From IMG/VR virus record IMGVR_UViG_3300017548_000187, positions 1 to 53,453 of that record: a DNA stretch of 53,453 bases. One strand, given 5' to 3'. Under the pieces are notes generated by a model. It did not search any database. It was not told the DNA's origin and worked only from the letters and a program-made list of their open reading frames with translations. The translations under genes were made by a program, and so were the position numbers. Below are positions 24,241 to 33,443 of this stretch, piece by piece. Source of the DNA: a virus (Duplodnaviria; Caudoviricetes). Each line of letters begins with the position of its first letter. The first letter of the stretch is position 1.

Positions 24241-24802
24241 CACCTTTGGTCATCGCAGCATTCCACGGCACCAAACGTTCGGACTGCTTGTTGCAGAGCC
24301 ATCGCTCGACTGCGGCAGCGATCCCTTCACTGTCGTCTCCAAGAGCAGTGAAGGCAGATAACGGAGGGCCGATTCGCTGTAAGAGGGTCCCTAGGGAGTG
24401 ACCGGTAATCGCGCGGACCTCGTACCAGGTCGAGAGCTGAGCAGTAATTTCGCGCTCTATATGTTTCCAGCATTGGCTGTGAAACAACTGATCGCGGGCA
24501 AGTCGAGTCATGGTCATAGCGTCGTACGCAGGGCAGGTACGCCAACGATCCTTCAGTCGGTTGCGCGAGATGCCGACATAGCGGATTCCGAAATCGTTCC
24601 CAGCGACCATGTAAAGACATGGCTCCCTTCGCCGCCAAGCGGCATCGTTCAGAAGGTCATATTCCGCTTGAAGCCAGGGACCAATGCGGGTGCCAGACGC
24701 GACATTTCGCTTCCAATGCGTCCCTCCCAGTGAGTGGATCCTGATCACAGGTGTTGCTGCCTCGTAGATCACGTGGGCAATAGATTCAGCTGGCGACTTC
24801 AT
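24227..24802 (-). CDS. GIY-YIG-like nuclease moron
   Basis: CLY...YVGISRNRLKDRW...VERWL; lower GC; opposite strand. Confidence 0.65.
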   Translation of the reverse strand: MKSPAESIAHVIYEAATPVIRIHSLGGTHWKRNVASGTRIGPWLQAEYDLLNDAAWRRREPCLYMVAGNDFGIRYVGISRNRLKDRWRTCPAYDAMTMTRLARDQLFHSQCWKHIEREITAQLSTWYEVRAITGHSLGTLLQRIGPPLSAFTALGDDSEGIAAAVERWLCNKQSERLVPWNAAMTKGVMPL

Positions 24803-24908
24803 TCCATCTACGGTTGTGCTCGGCGGGCCGTGAAGATAGCAGACTGACTCGATAGTTGTAAATAAACGTTTCAGTAAGCGCTACCCCGCCTTTACGGATT
24901 CAAGAAAT

Positions 24909-25400
24909 ATGGCAACGCTCAACGATGCGGCCAAGCGCTTCATTGTTCAGGCGCTGGCCTGTTACGACACACCAACGCAGGTGGCGGAAGCGGTAAAGGA
25001 AGAGTTCGGCCTCGAAGTTCATCGCGCCCATATTGCCCAGTACGATCCGACGAAAGCGTCCGGGCAGAAGCTGGCCAAGAAGTGGCGCGTTATTTTCGAG
25101 GACACGCGGCGCCAGTTCCGCGAACATGTGGCAGAGATTCCAATTGCGCAGCGGGCATTTCGCCTTCGCACGTTGCAGCGTTTGGCGAGTAAAGCCGAGG
25201 GGCAGCGCAACATTGTCTTGGCCATGCAGGCATTGGAGCAGGCCGCCAAGGAAATGGGTGACGCCTACGTGAATCGTCGGCTTGACCAGCCCGGCCGGCC
25301 GCCTGGGGGCGATGCCGGCGGCGGCGACCCGGCAGACATGACAGCTGACGAATACGTGCTGCGGCCCGACGAAGATGCTCCAGCGAACCCGATCCTTTGA
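24909..25400 (+). CDS. terS: Terminase small subunit (DUF2280)
   Basis: FIVQALACYDTP..VAEAVKEEFG, YDPTK, LEQAAKE. Confidence 0.85.
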   Translation: MATLNDAAKRFIVQALACYDTPTQVAEAVKEEFGLEVHRAHIAQYDPTKASGQKLAKKWRVIFEDTRRQFREHVAEIPIAQRAFRLRTLQRLASKAEGQRNIVLAMQALEQAAKEMGDAYVNRRLDQPGRPPGGDAGGGDPADMTADEYVLRPDEDAPANPIL

Positions 25401-26706
25401 AGGCCCGGTATCGCTGACGCCCAAGCAGGCGAACATCTACGTCTGGGGCTGGCAGCGGCAGGCGCGGTTTCGGGATGCCGTCTGCGGCCGGCGCTTCGGC
25501 AAGACCTTCCTGGGCAAAGCCGAGATCCGGCGCGCCGCGCGCCTGGCCGTGAAGTGGCAGGTCAGCGTCGAGGACGAGATCTGGTACGCGGCGCCGACGT
25601 TCAAGCAGGCCAAGCGAGTCTTCTGGCGGCGCCTGAAGCAGGCCATCCCCAGGGACTGGCGCGCCGGCAAGCCGAACGAAACCGAGTGCAGCATTACGCT
25701 GCGCAGCGGTCACGTGATCCGGATCGTGGGCCTGGACGCCTACGACAACCTGCGCGGCTCAGGTCTGTTCTTCGTGCTGATCGACGAATGGGCAGACTGT
25801 CCCTACGAGGCGTGGGAAGAGGTGGTCCGGCCCATGTTGTCGACCTGTAGATATGTGGTCGACGGTGTCGAGTACGTCGGCGGCCACGCCCTGCGGATCG
25901 GCACTCCGAAGGGCTTCAACCACTGCTACGACACCTACCTGGATGGCCAGGAAGGCCGCCAACCCGACCACAAGAGCTGGCTGTACACGTCGCTGCAGGG
26001 CGGCAATGTGCCGGCCGAGGAAATCGAGGCGGCGCGCCGCCGGATGGACCCGAAGACCTTCCGGCAGGAATACGACGCCAGCTTCGAGAATTACACGGGC
26101 GTCGTCTACTACTGCTTCGATCGCCGGAAGAATCACACCGACGACCGCGTGCGCAAGGGCGACGTCCTGCACATCGGCATGGACTTCAACGTCAGCAAGA
26201 TGGCGGCCGTGGTGTTCGTGGTACGCGAGGATGGCTGGCCGCGCGCGGTCGACGAGGTGATGGACGTCTTCGACACGCCCACGATGATCGAGAAGCTGAA
26301 AGAGCGCTTCGCTGGCCATTCGATCACGGTTTACCCGGACGCCTCAGGCGACAGCCGCAAGACCAACAACGCCAACGAGTCCGATATCTCGTTGCTGCGC
26401 AAGGCCGGCTTCGTGGTGCGAGTGAATCCGGCGAACCCGGCCGTGAAAGACCGCATCAACAGTATGAACGCCATGCTGTGCAACACCTACGGCGAGCGCC
26501 GCCTGCTGGTGAACACCGACCAGTGCCCGAAGTTCACGCAGGCGCTGGAGCGCCAGATCTACGACGACAAGGGCAAGCCCGGCAAGGCGCTGGAACCCGA
26601 CAAGAAGCTCGGTTTCGACCACCCCAACGATGCCGGCGGCTACTTCATCGTCCATCGCTACCCGATCAATTCCCGGAACGCCACCGTCACCTCCCTGCGC
26701 ATGTAA
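25375..26706 (+). CDS. terL: Terminase large subunit
   Basis: Walker A GRRFGKT, LIDE, GTP, nuclease motifs GMDFN and DHPNDA. Confidence 0.95.
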   Translation: MLQRTRSFEGPVSLTPKQANIYVWGWQRQARFRDAVCGRRFGKTFLGKAEIRRAARLAVKWQVSVEDEIWYAAPTFKQAKRVFWRRLKQAIPRDWRAGKPNETECSITLRSGHVIRIVGLDAYDNLRGSGLFFVLIDEWADCPYEAWEEVVRPMLSTCRYVVDGVEYVGGHALRIGTPKGFNHCYDTYLDGQEGRQPDHKSWLYTSLQGGNVPAEEIEAARRRMDPKTFRQEYDASFENYTGVVYYCFDRRKNHTDDRVRKGDVLHIGMDFNVSKMAAVVFVVREDGWPRAVDEVMDVFDTPTMIEKLKERFAGHSITVYPDASGDSRKTNNANESDISLLRKAGFVVRVNPANPAVKDRINSMNAMLCNTYGERRLLVNTDQCPKFTQALERQIYDDKGKPGKALEPDKKLGFDHPNDAGGYFIVHRYPINSRNATVTSLRM

Positions 26707-26708
26707 CC

Positions 26709-28097
26709 ATGACCCTGACCGTAGACCAACAGAGCGACGCCGTGAAGGCGATGGCCGAACACTGGCCCATCGTCGACGCGCTGCTCGGCGGCACGCCGGC
26801 CATGCGCAAGGCAGCCCAGGCTTACTTGCCCAAGTGGCCGAATGAGGACCACGAGAGCTACGAGGCACGCCGGAAGACGGCAACCCTGTATCCGGCGTTT
26901 GAGCGCACCTTGGGCGTCATGGCGGGCAAGCCATTCAGCAAGGAGCTGACCTTCGGCGACGATGTGCCAGAGGCCATTCGTCAGTGGTGCCAGAACTGCG
27001 ACCTCGAGGGCCGTAATCTGCACAGCTTCATGGCGGATCAGATGGCCGAATGCTTGGGGTACGGCATTGCGGGCGTGCTGGTCGATTTTCCGCGTACCAC
27101 CGGTCTGCGCACCCGCGCTGACGAGGCTGCCGCTGGCGTGCGTCCGTATCTGGTCATGATCAAGCATGCTCAGTTGCTGGGCTGGCGCACATCACGTGGC
27201 GCCGACGGTGTGACCCGGCTGACGCAGCTGCGCCTGGCCGAGGTCGCCGAGGTTGACGATGGTGAATACGGCACCAAGGAAGTGCAGCGGGTGCGCGTGC
27301 TACGACCTGGTAGCTGGGAACTCTGGGAGCAGGGTGACCGTGCCTGGACGAAGATCGACGAAGGCGCGACCACCCTGGACGTGATCCCGTACGTGCCGTT
27401 CTACGGCCGGCGCACGGGCTTCATGACCGGCAAGTCGCCGCTGCTGAACCTGGCCTACCTGAACGTCAAGCACTGGCAGAGCCAGAGCGACCAGGACACG
27501 ATCCTGCACGTGGCCCGGGTGCCGATCCTGTTCACCAAGGGGTTTCAGGAGGGCGAGACCATCACGGTTGGCGCATCGGCCGCCGTGCGCAGCGAGAACG
27601 ACCAGGCCGACATGAAGTACGTCGAGCACACCGGTGCGGCGATTGAGGCTGGCCGCCAGGCGCTGGAAGACCTGCAGGACCAGATGATCCAGACGGGCGC
27701 CGAGCTGCTGGTAGCCCAGCCAGGCGAGCGCAGCGCTACCGAGGCGAACAACGACGCCGAGGCCAATAAGTCAGAGCTGCAGCGCATCGTCGAGGGCTTC
27801 GAGGATTCCATCGACCAATGCCTGCAGCTGATGGCCGACTGGGCGCGGCTCGGCGAGGGCGGCCATGCGAGCCTCTACAAGGACTTCACGGCAGCCACGC
27901 TGACCGACGCATCGGCGCAGCTCGTCCTGAACCTGCAGCAAGCCGGCCTGATTACCAAGAAGACAGCCATCCGGGAACAGCAGCGCCGCGGCATGCTGGC
28001 GCCCGACGTGAACCCCGACGACGAGCTGGACGCCGTCGCGGAAGAGGGACCGTCGCTCGGCAGCCTAGGTACGGGCGATGGCGGCCGCGCAGACTGA
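26709..28097 (+). CDS. Portal protein (DUF4055-type)
   Basis: Position after terL; YLPKWPNE..Y..R and PLLNLAYLNVKHWQSQSD. Confidence 0.88.
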   Translation: MTLTVDQQSDAVKAMAEHWPIVDALLGGTPAMRKAAQAYLPKWPNEDHESYEARRKTATLYPAFERTLGVMAGKPFSKELTFGDDVPEAIRQWCQNCDLEGRNLHSFMADQMAECLGYGIAGVLVDFPRTTGLRTRADEAAAGVRPYLVMIKHAQLLGWRTSRGADGVTRLTQLRLAEVAEVDDGEYGTKEVQRVRVLRPGSWELWEQGDRAWTKIDEGATTLDVIPYVPFYGRRTGFMTGKSPLLNLAYLNVKHWQSQSDQDTILHVARVPILFTKGFQEGETITVGASAAVRSENDQADMKYVEHTGAAIEAGRQALEDLQDQMIQTGAELLVAQPGERSATEANNDAEANKSELQRIVEGFEDSIDQCLQLMADWARLGEGGHASLYKDFTAATLTDASAQLVLNLQQAGLITKKTAIREQQRRGMLAPDVNPDDELDAVAEEGPSLGSLGTGDGGRAD

Positions 28098-29814
28098 AAT
28101 CGTTGACGCGTCGATCCGTCATCAGATCGACCTGGTCAAGTACTCCAACGGGGTCGTTCGCAAGATCATCGCGCTATTGAATCGGGTGGATCCTGACCTG
28201 GTGGCGCAGCTGACGGCCGCCCTGGAACGCTTGGCGCCGCAAGATTTCACCGTCCAGCGCCTGGATGCCTTGCTGAAGGACGTGCGCCAGCTCAACGAGC
28301 AGGCCTACCGCCAGGTGCGGGGCGAGCTCGAAGGTGAACTGCAGGACCTGGTCAGCACCGAGATCGGCTTCCAGGCCAGCCTGTTCGATTCGCTGGCCAT
28401 CGAGTACTCGACGCAGGGTGTCACGTCGGCCCAGGTCTACGCCGGCGCCATGGCGCGGCCGTTCCAGGGTCGGCTGCTGCGCGAGTGGATGGATGGTTTG
28501 GAGGCCGGCCGGGCCCAGCGAATCCGCGACGCCGTGCGCATGGGCTACGTCGAGGGCCAGACCACCGCCCAGATCGTGCGGCGCATCCGTGGCACCAAGG
28601 CAGCCGGGTATGCCGACGGCCTGCTGGAGATCGACCGGCGCCACGCCGAGACTATCGTGCGCACCGCCCTGAGCCACACGGCCGGCTTTGCCCGGGATCG
28701 GTTCTACGACGCCAACGACGACATCATTGGCGCCCTGGGGTGGGTCAGCACGCTGGACGGGCGCACCAGCCCGATGTGCCGGCTGCGCGACGGCCTGCGG
28801 TACACCACCGACCACAAGCCCATCGGCCACAAGGTGCCGTGGGGGGCCGGGCCCGGGCGGCTGCACATGTGCTGCCGGTCGACGTCGCTGCCCATCCTGA
28901 AGGGTATGGAGGACGAGCCGCTGTTCGGCACGCGGGCATCCCAGGGCGGCCCCGTCAAGGCCAGCACGACCTACGCCGACTGGCTGAAGGGCCAGTCACA
29001 GGCCGTCCAGGACGACGTCCTTGGCAAGAGCAAGGGGGCGCTGTTCCGCAGCGGCAAGCTGCCGCTGGACAAGTTCTACAACGACAAGGGCCAGACCTTG
29101 ACGTTGAACCAGCTCAAGGCCAAGTTCCCGGCGCCGGCGGCAAAGGCCGGCCTGACGCTGCCCTACCAGCCGCCGCTGGGCCAGCCCAAGGACGCCATCG
29201 CCAAGTTCCTGGCGTCGCCGCAGGCGCAGCAGGATCTACTGGGCCGGCTGTACCGGGGCGAGTCCATGGACTACGCCGCCCACGCCCGGCGCGTAGCCGA
29301 GATCAAGGCGGCCGAGGGTTACAATTCGACGGTCGAATCGCTGGCTGCCGTGCGGTACTACACGGGCAGCGGTTTCCTGCCGATCAACCGGCGCATGCGC
29401 GAGACGGGCGGCACCCTGGAAGACCGGCAGTTTGCGTCGCTGACGGTGTCCAGCTTCCCGGGCATCGGCGAGCACCGCGGCGAGATCTGGCGGGCGCCGA
29501 CCACCCGAGCGGCCAACGCCAACACCTGGTGGGATCGCGCGGCCGTTGGCGAGCCCCTGGACTTAGGCAACCAGCTGCTGTCATTCTCGCGAGCGGTCGA
29601 GGTGCCGGCCAATTGGGCCGGATCGGCTGACGTCCTGCTGCGCATTGGCTCGCCGCGGCACGGGGTGTATATTGAGCCGTTGACCCTGAACGGCGGCGAG
29701 CATGAGGTGCTGCTGCCGCCGGGGCTGAAATACCGGGTCGCCGGCAAGAGCACGGCGACAGTAAGAGGGCGCACCTACAGGGTGATTGACCTGGAGATCG
29801 AAGATGGCGACTGA
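28078..29814 (+). CDS. MuF/SPP1-gp7 minor head protein with C-terminal ADP-ribosyltransferase
   Basis: MuF core STLDGRTSPMC...HMCCRS; C-terminal YTGSGF.PIN..MR, IWR, SFS, EHEVLLPPG. Confidence 0.88.
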   Translation: MAAAQTEIVDASIRHQIDLVKYSNGVVRKIIALLNRVDPDLVAQLTAALERLAPQDFTVQRLDALLKDVRQLNEQAYRQVRGELEGELQDLVSTEIGFQASLFDSLAIEYSTQGVTSAQVYAGAMARPFQGRLLREWMDGLEAGRAQRIRDAVRMGYVEGQTTAQIVRRIRGTKAAGYADGLLEIDRRHAETIVRTALSHTAGFARDRFYDANDDIIGALGWVSTLDGRTSPMCRLRDGLRYTTDHKPIGHKVPWGAGPGRLHMCCRSTSLPILKGMEDEPLFGTRASQGGPVKASTTYADWLKGQSQAVQDDVLGKSKGALFRSGKLPLDKFYNDKGQTLTLNQLKAKFPAPAAKAGLTLPYQPPLGQPKDAIAKFLASPQAQQDLLGRLYRGESMDYAAHARRVAEIKAAEGYNSTVESLAAVRYYTGSGFLPINRRMRETGGTLEDRQFASLTVSSFPGIGEHRGEIWRAPTTRAANANTWWDRAAVGEPLDLGNQLLSFSRAVEVPANWAGSADVLLRIGSPRHGVYIEPLTLNGGEHEVLLPPGLKYRVAGKSTATVRGRTYRVIDLEIEDGD

Positions 29815-29998
29815 GCAACTACGCGTGAAGGACCCGAGGACGTACACCGTCTTCGGCCTGCTCGCGGCCGGCTCGCGCTTCACCGACGACTACGGCGCCG
29901 ACGACGCCGTGCGCCAGTACCTGGAACTGCACCCGGACGCCGACGAGAAGGCAGTCCGCGACGAGCTCGACGCCGAGCTGGCCAAACACACCGCCTGA
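29804..29998 (+). CDS. Small acidic protein (candidate immunity)
   Basis: GGAG RBS; overlaps the MuF-ART stop; 64 aa. Confidence 0.65.
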   Translation: MATEQLRVKDPRTYTVFGLLAAGSRFTDDYGADDAVRQYLELHPDADEKAVRDELDAELAKHTA

Positions 29999-30243
29999 TG
30001 GCCCTGCACCTGGTCCCCGACGCCGACAAGCCAGTCGAGACACCGGCCGACCAGGTTCGCAAGCGCGTGCGGTCGTACGCCAAGCCCAAGGGCATGATCC
30101 AGTGCCATAAATGCGGTGGCCGCGAGGTCATCGAGACCAAGACTGGCGTGCTGACGGCCGACGGCCGCAAGTACAGCGGCGGCACGAAGAGCCTGCTGTG
30201 CGCCAACTGTTTTATGAAGGGCGAAAGGGTGGTGCTGCTGTGA
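29998..30243 (+). CDS. Zn-ribbon small protein
   Basis: CHKC...CANC. Confidence 0.7.
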   Translation: MALHLVPDADKPVETPADQVRKRVRSYAKPKGMIQCHKCGGREVIETKTGVLTADGRKYSGGTKSLLCANCFMKGERVVLL

Positions 30244-30533
30244 AGTCCCTGGATGAATTGCGTAATGGCCCGTTGACGCTCGCGTATGACGAAAAGCGGC
30301 AGGGCTACTTTGTACTCGGTGCGGGATTTGATTTTTTCCTGTACTTCACTGGCCACTGCCTTGAGTGTGATGCGGTCCGCCGCGAAGGTGGGGACTTTGT
30401 ACTACATATGGAGATTCCCCTACCACCCAGTGGGAAAGCCGATCACGATGTACTGCTCACCCAGGTCATGCACGAGTTGTCGCAATACTGGGATATCGAT
30501 GGTATCCAAGTAGACCCCACCCGATACAGATAA
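30240..30533 (+). CDS. Low-GC hypothetical protein
   Basis: GTGA overlap; 97 aa. Confidence 0.55.
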   Translation: MKSLDELRNGPLTLAYDEKRQGYFVLGAGFDFFLYFTGHCLECDAVRREGGDFVLHMEIPLPPSGKADHDVLLTQVMHELSQYWDIDGIQVDPTRYR

Positions 30534-30543
30534 CCGAAGAATG

Positions 30544-30604
30544 TCCCGCTCAGTGCGGGCCTTTTTATTTCAGCCCCTCCGGCTCACACCGGCGGGGCTT
30601 TTTC
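30544..30604 (+). terminator. Tandem intrinsic terminators
   Basis: Two hairpins, each followed by a T-run. Confidence 0.6.
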
Positions 30605-30675
30605 ATGCCCGCAAGTGGACACCGAGGGCGCGATGGGCCGGATGGCTCGCAAGTAACCGGGCGGATGCCCAGAGG

Positions 30676-31458
30676 ATGAACGTGAAGCTCAAGACGATCG
30701 AAGTGGAAGGCAAGGTGTACGCCGAGGTGCAGGATGGCAAACCGGTGTATGTGGAAGACGACGGCAAAGAGGTTGCATTTGATGCCGTGGGGACCCGCAC
30801 CACCATCAGCCGGCTGAACGGCGAGGCGAAATCCCACCGGGAGCGCGCCGAAGCTGCCGAGGGAAAGCTGAAGGCCTTCGATGGCATCGAAGACGGCGAC
30901 GCCGCGCGCAAGGCGCTGGAAACGGTAAAGAACCTGGACCAGAAGAAGCTCATCGACGCAGGCGAAGTCGACAAGGTCAAGGCCGAAATCAGCAAGTCGT
31001 TCCAGACCAAGCTGGATGACGCCGAGGCCCGCGCCAAGAAGTTGGAAGACCAGCTGTACGGCGAGAAGATCGGCGGTGCCTTCGCGCGCTCGCCCCTGAT
31101 CGTCGGCGACAAGGCCAAGGTCGCCATCCCGGCCGACATGGTGCAGGCGCGGTTCGGCCAGCACTTCAAGGTCGAGGACGGCAATGTCGTGGCGTACGAC
31201 GCCAATGGCAACAAGCTGTTCTCGCCGGCGCGGCCCGGCGAGCTGGCCACCTTCGACGAAGCACTCGACATCCTCATCGAGCAATACCCCCACAAAGACC
31301 ACATCCTGAAGGGCTCCGGTGCCAACGGCGGCGGTGCCCGAGGCGGTGGCGGCGGGGGCAACAATCCTGCGCTCAAACGCTCGGAAATGAAGCCCGAACA
31401 AATGCGGGAATTCATCGCCGAGCATGGGCGCGACGCCTATCTGCAACTGCCCAAATGA
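30676..31458 (+). CDS. Capsid scaffolding protein (DUF6651-like)
   Basis: Coiled-coil and charged, Gly-rich linker and C-terminal helix; directly before the MCP. Confidence 0.8.
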   Translation: MNVKLKTIEVEGKVYAEVQDGKPVYVEDDGKEVAFDAVGTRTTISRLNGEAKSHRERAEAAEGKLKAFDGIEDGDAARKALETVKNLDQKKLIDAGEVDKVKAEISKSFQTKLDDAEARAKKLEDQLYGEKIGGAFARSPLIVGDKAKVAIPADMVQARFGQHFKVEDGNVVAYDANGNKLFSPARPGELATFDEALDILIEQYPHKDHILKGSGANGGGARGGGGGGNNPALKRSEMKPEQMREFIAEHGRDAYLQLPK

Positions 31459-31466
31459 GGTAAATC

Positions 31467-32456
31467 ATGGCTACCACGCTGAACAGCGACATGGTCATCT
31501 ACAACGACCTTGCGCAAACCGCCTACCTGGAGCGCATCCAGGACGTGCTGGATGTCTTCAATGCTTCGTCTGCGGGCGCCATCCGCTTGGTGAACGACAA
31601 CATCGAAGGCGACTTCAAGAAGCGCGCCTTCTACACTGTCGGTGGTTCGATCGTGCACCGCAACGTCAACACCGATGCGACCGTCACCCCGGCCAAGATC
31701 GGCTCCGGCGAAATGGTGGGGGTGAAATACCCCTGGAAGTATGGCCCCTACGCCAGCACGGAAGAAGCCTTCAAGCGGCGCGCTCGCACGCCCGAAGAGT
31801 TCTCGATCCTGGTGGGCCAGGACATGGCTGACGCCGTGATCGCGGGCTACATCGAGATCGCCTTCGCGGCCCTGGCGGCCGCCATCGGCGCCAATGCCGC
31901 CATGAACGCCTCGGGCTCGTTCGCCACCGACCACAAGAAGGTGCTGACCAAGGGCATGCGCAAGTTCGGCGACCGCTTCAACCGCGTCGCGCTGTTCGGC
32001 ATGGACTCGGGCACCTACTTCGACCTGGTCGACGACGCCATCGACGAGAAGATCTACGAGGAAGCCGGGATCGTCGTCTACGGTGGCACGCCGGGCACCA
32101 TGGGCAAGCCGGTGCTGGTGTCGGACCGCATCCCGGCCGACCGCATCTTCGGCCTGCAGGCGGGGGCCATCACCCTGACCGAGTCGCAGGTGCCGGGTGT
32201 GCGCAGCTATCCCATCAACGACCAGGAAAACCTGGCCCTGGGCTTCCGGGCCGAGGGCACGGTGAACCTGGACCTGCTGGGCTACAGCTGGAAGGATGAC
32301 ACCGCCGGCGCGAACCCGAGCCTGGCGGCCCTGGGCACGGGTGCCAACTGGACCAAGTACGCCATCAGTGACAAGGCGACGGCGGGCGTGCTGATCACGC
32401 TGACCGGTGGCTCTGGCTCGGCGTCGGCGCCGTCGGGCTCGGGTTCTGGCGTCTAA
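31467..32456 (+). CDS. Major capsid protein with Ser/Gly C-terminal extension
   Basis: GAGGT RBS, strong codon bias, position after scaffold; ends ...AGVLITL-TGGSGSASAPSGSGSGV. Confidence 0.9.
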   Translation: MATTLNSDMVIYNDLAQTAYLERIQDVLDVFNASSAGAIRLVNDNIEGDFKKRAFYTVGGSIVHRNVNTDATVTPAKIGSGEMVGVKYPWKYGPYASTEEAFKRRARTPEEFSILVGQDMADAVIAGYIEIAFAALAAAIGANAAMNASGSFATDHKKVLTKGMRKFGDRFNRVALFGMDSGTYFDLVDDAIDEKIYEEAGIVVYGGTPGTMGKPVLVSDRIPADRIFGLQAGAITLTESQVPGVRSYPINDQENLALGFRAEGTVNLDLLGYSWKDDTAGANPSLAALGTGANWTKYAISDKATAGVLITLTGGSGSASAPSGSGSGV

Positions 32457-32459
32457 GCC

Positions 32460-33443
32460 ATGCGCGTCGGAATCTACGCCGGCGCCAGCCATCCGGCGGT
32501 GACAGCGCTGCTGCAGGGTTTTGCCCTGTGCGGCGCCACCGCGCACGCCCGCAATTCCGCCTACCACCGCGGCGAGATCGAGAATTTCGACTTGGTCGTG
32601 GTGTACGGGTTGCGGGCGGGCTGCCGGGTGCGCGACGCCTACCAGGCCGCTGGCGTGGCCGTGGTCGTGTTTGACTGGGGCTACTTGGCGCGGGTAAACG
32701 AGCCCAGCCAAACCAGTACCGGCCACTTTCAATTCGGCTTGGGCGGGCTGAACCGGCCGCCGGCATTCGCGTGCCCGACGGATCGCTTCGACTCCCTGGG
32801 CCTGACCATTGCGGAGCAGGGCGGCGATCCGGACGGTTACGTGCTGCTCTGCGGCCAGGTGCCGGGCGATGCCGCCCATGGCTTGGACGCCCAGCAGATC
32901 GAAAGCTGGGCCCGCGAGGCCGCTGCCCACTGGCCCAACGTTCGGTACCGGCCACATCCGCGCGGCGGCATCGACATCGCGGGCCTCGAATCGGACCGCT
33001 CGCCGCTTGCCAAGGCGCTGGCCGGCGCGCGCCGAGTCGTGACGATCAACAGCAACGTCGGCCACGACGCTCTGCTGGCAGGTGTGCCGGTTCTTGCCGA
33101 CGGCCCGGCGGCATATGCTGAGCTGGCCGGCGACGTTCTGCCCACGGTCGAAGCGCGCCGCGAATACTTCGCGCGGCTCGCCTACGGCCAGTGGACGGTG
33201 GCCGAAATGGCCAGCGGCGCCTGCCCGCGTTTCCTGCTCGACCACCTGGTGCCAGGTGTTGGCCCGGCTATCGAGGGCCAACGGCCGGACGATGCCGAGC
33301 CTGGCGTGCAGGAGTCGGCCGGCAGCGAAGACCCACGGCCGATCACGCCGGCGACGCCCGCCGCCGCGGTTCAAGCCCCCGCTGCTGCCAAACAGGCGCG
33401 CCGCGGGCGTGGCAAGGGGAAGGCGCATGCCGCTGATCGTTGA
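32460..33443 (+). CDS. KpsS/KpsC-like (Capsule_synth) glycosyltransferase
   Basis: GQVPGD (QxxxD), RPHP, VTINSNVGHDALLAGVPV..G.A.Y. Confidence 0.78.
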   Translation: MRVGIYAGASHPAVTALLQGFALCGATAHARNSAYHRGEIENFDLVVVYGLRAGCRVRDAYQAAGVAVVVFDWGYLARVNEPSQTSTGHFQFGLGGLNRPPAFACPTDRFDSLGLTIAEQGGDPDGYVLLCGQVPGDAAHGLDAQQIESWAREAAAHWPNVRYRPHPRGGIDIAGLESDRSPLAKALAGARRVVTINSNVGHDALLAGVPVLADGPAAYAELAGDVLPTVEARREYFARLAYGQWTVAEMASGACPRFLLDHLVPGVGPAIEGQRPDDAEPGVQESAGSEDPRPITPATPAAAVQAPAAAKQARRGRGKGKAHAADR

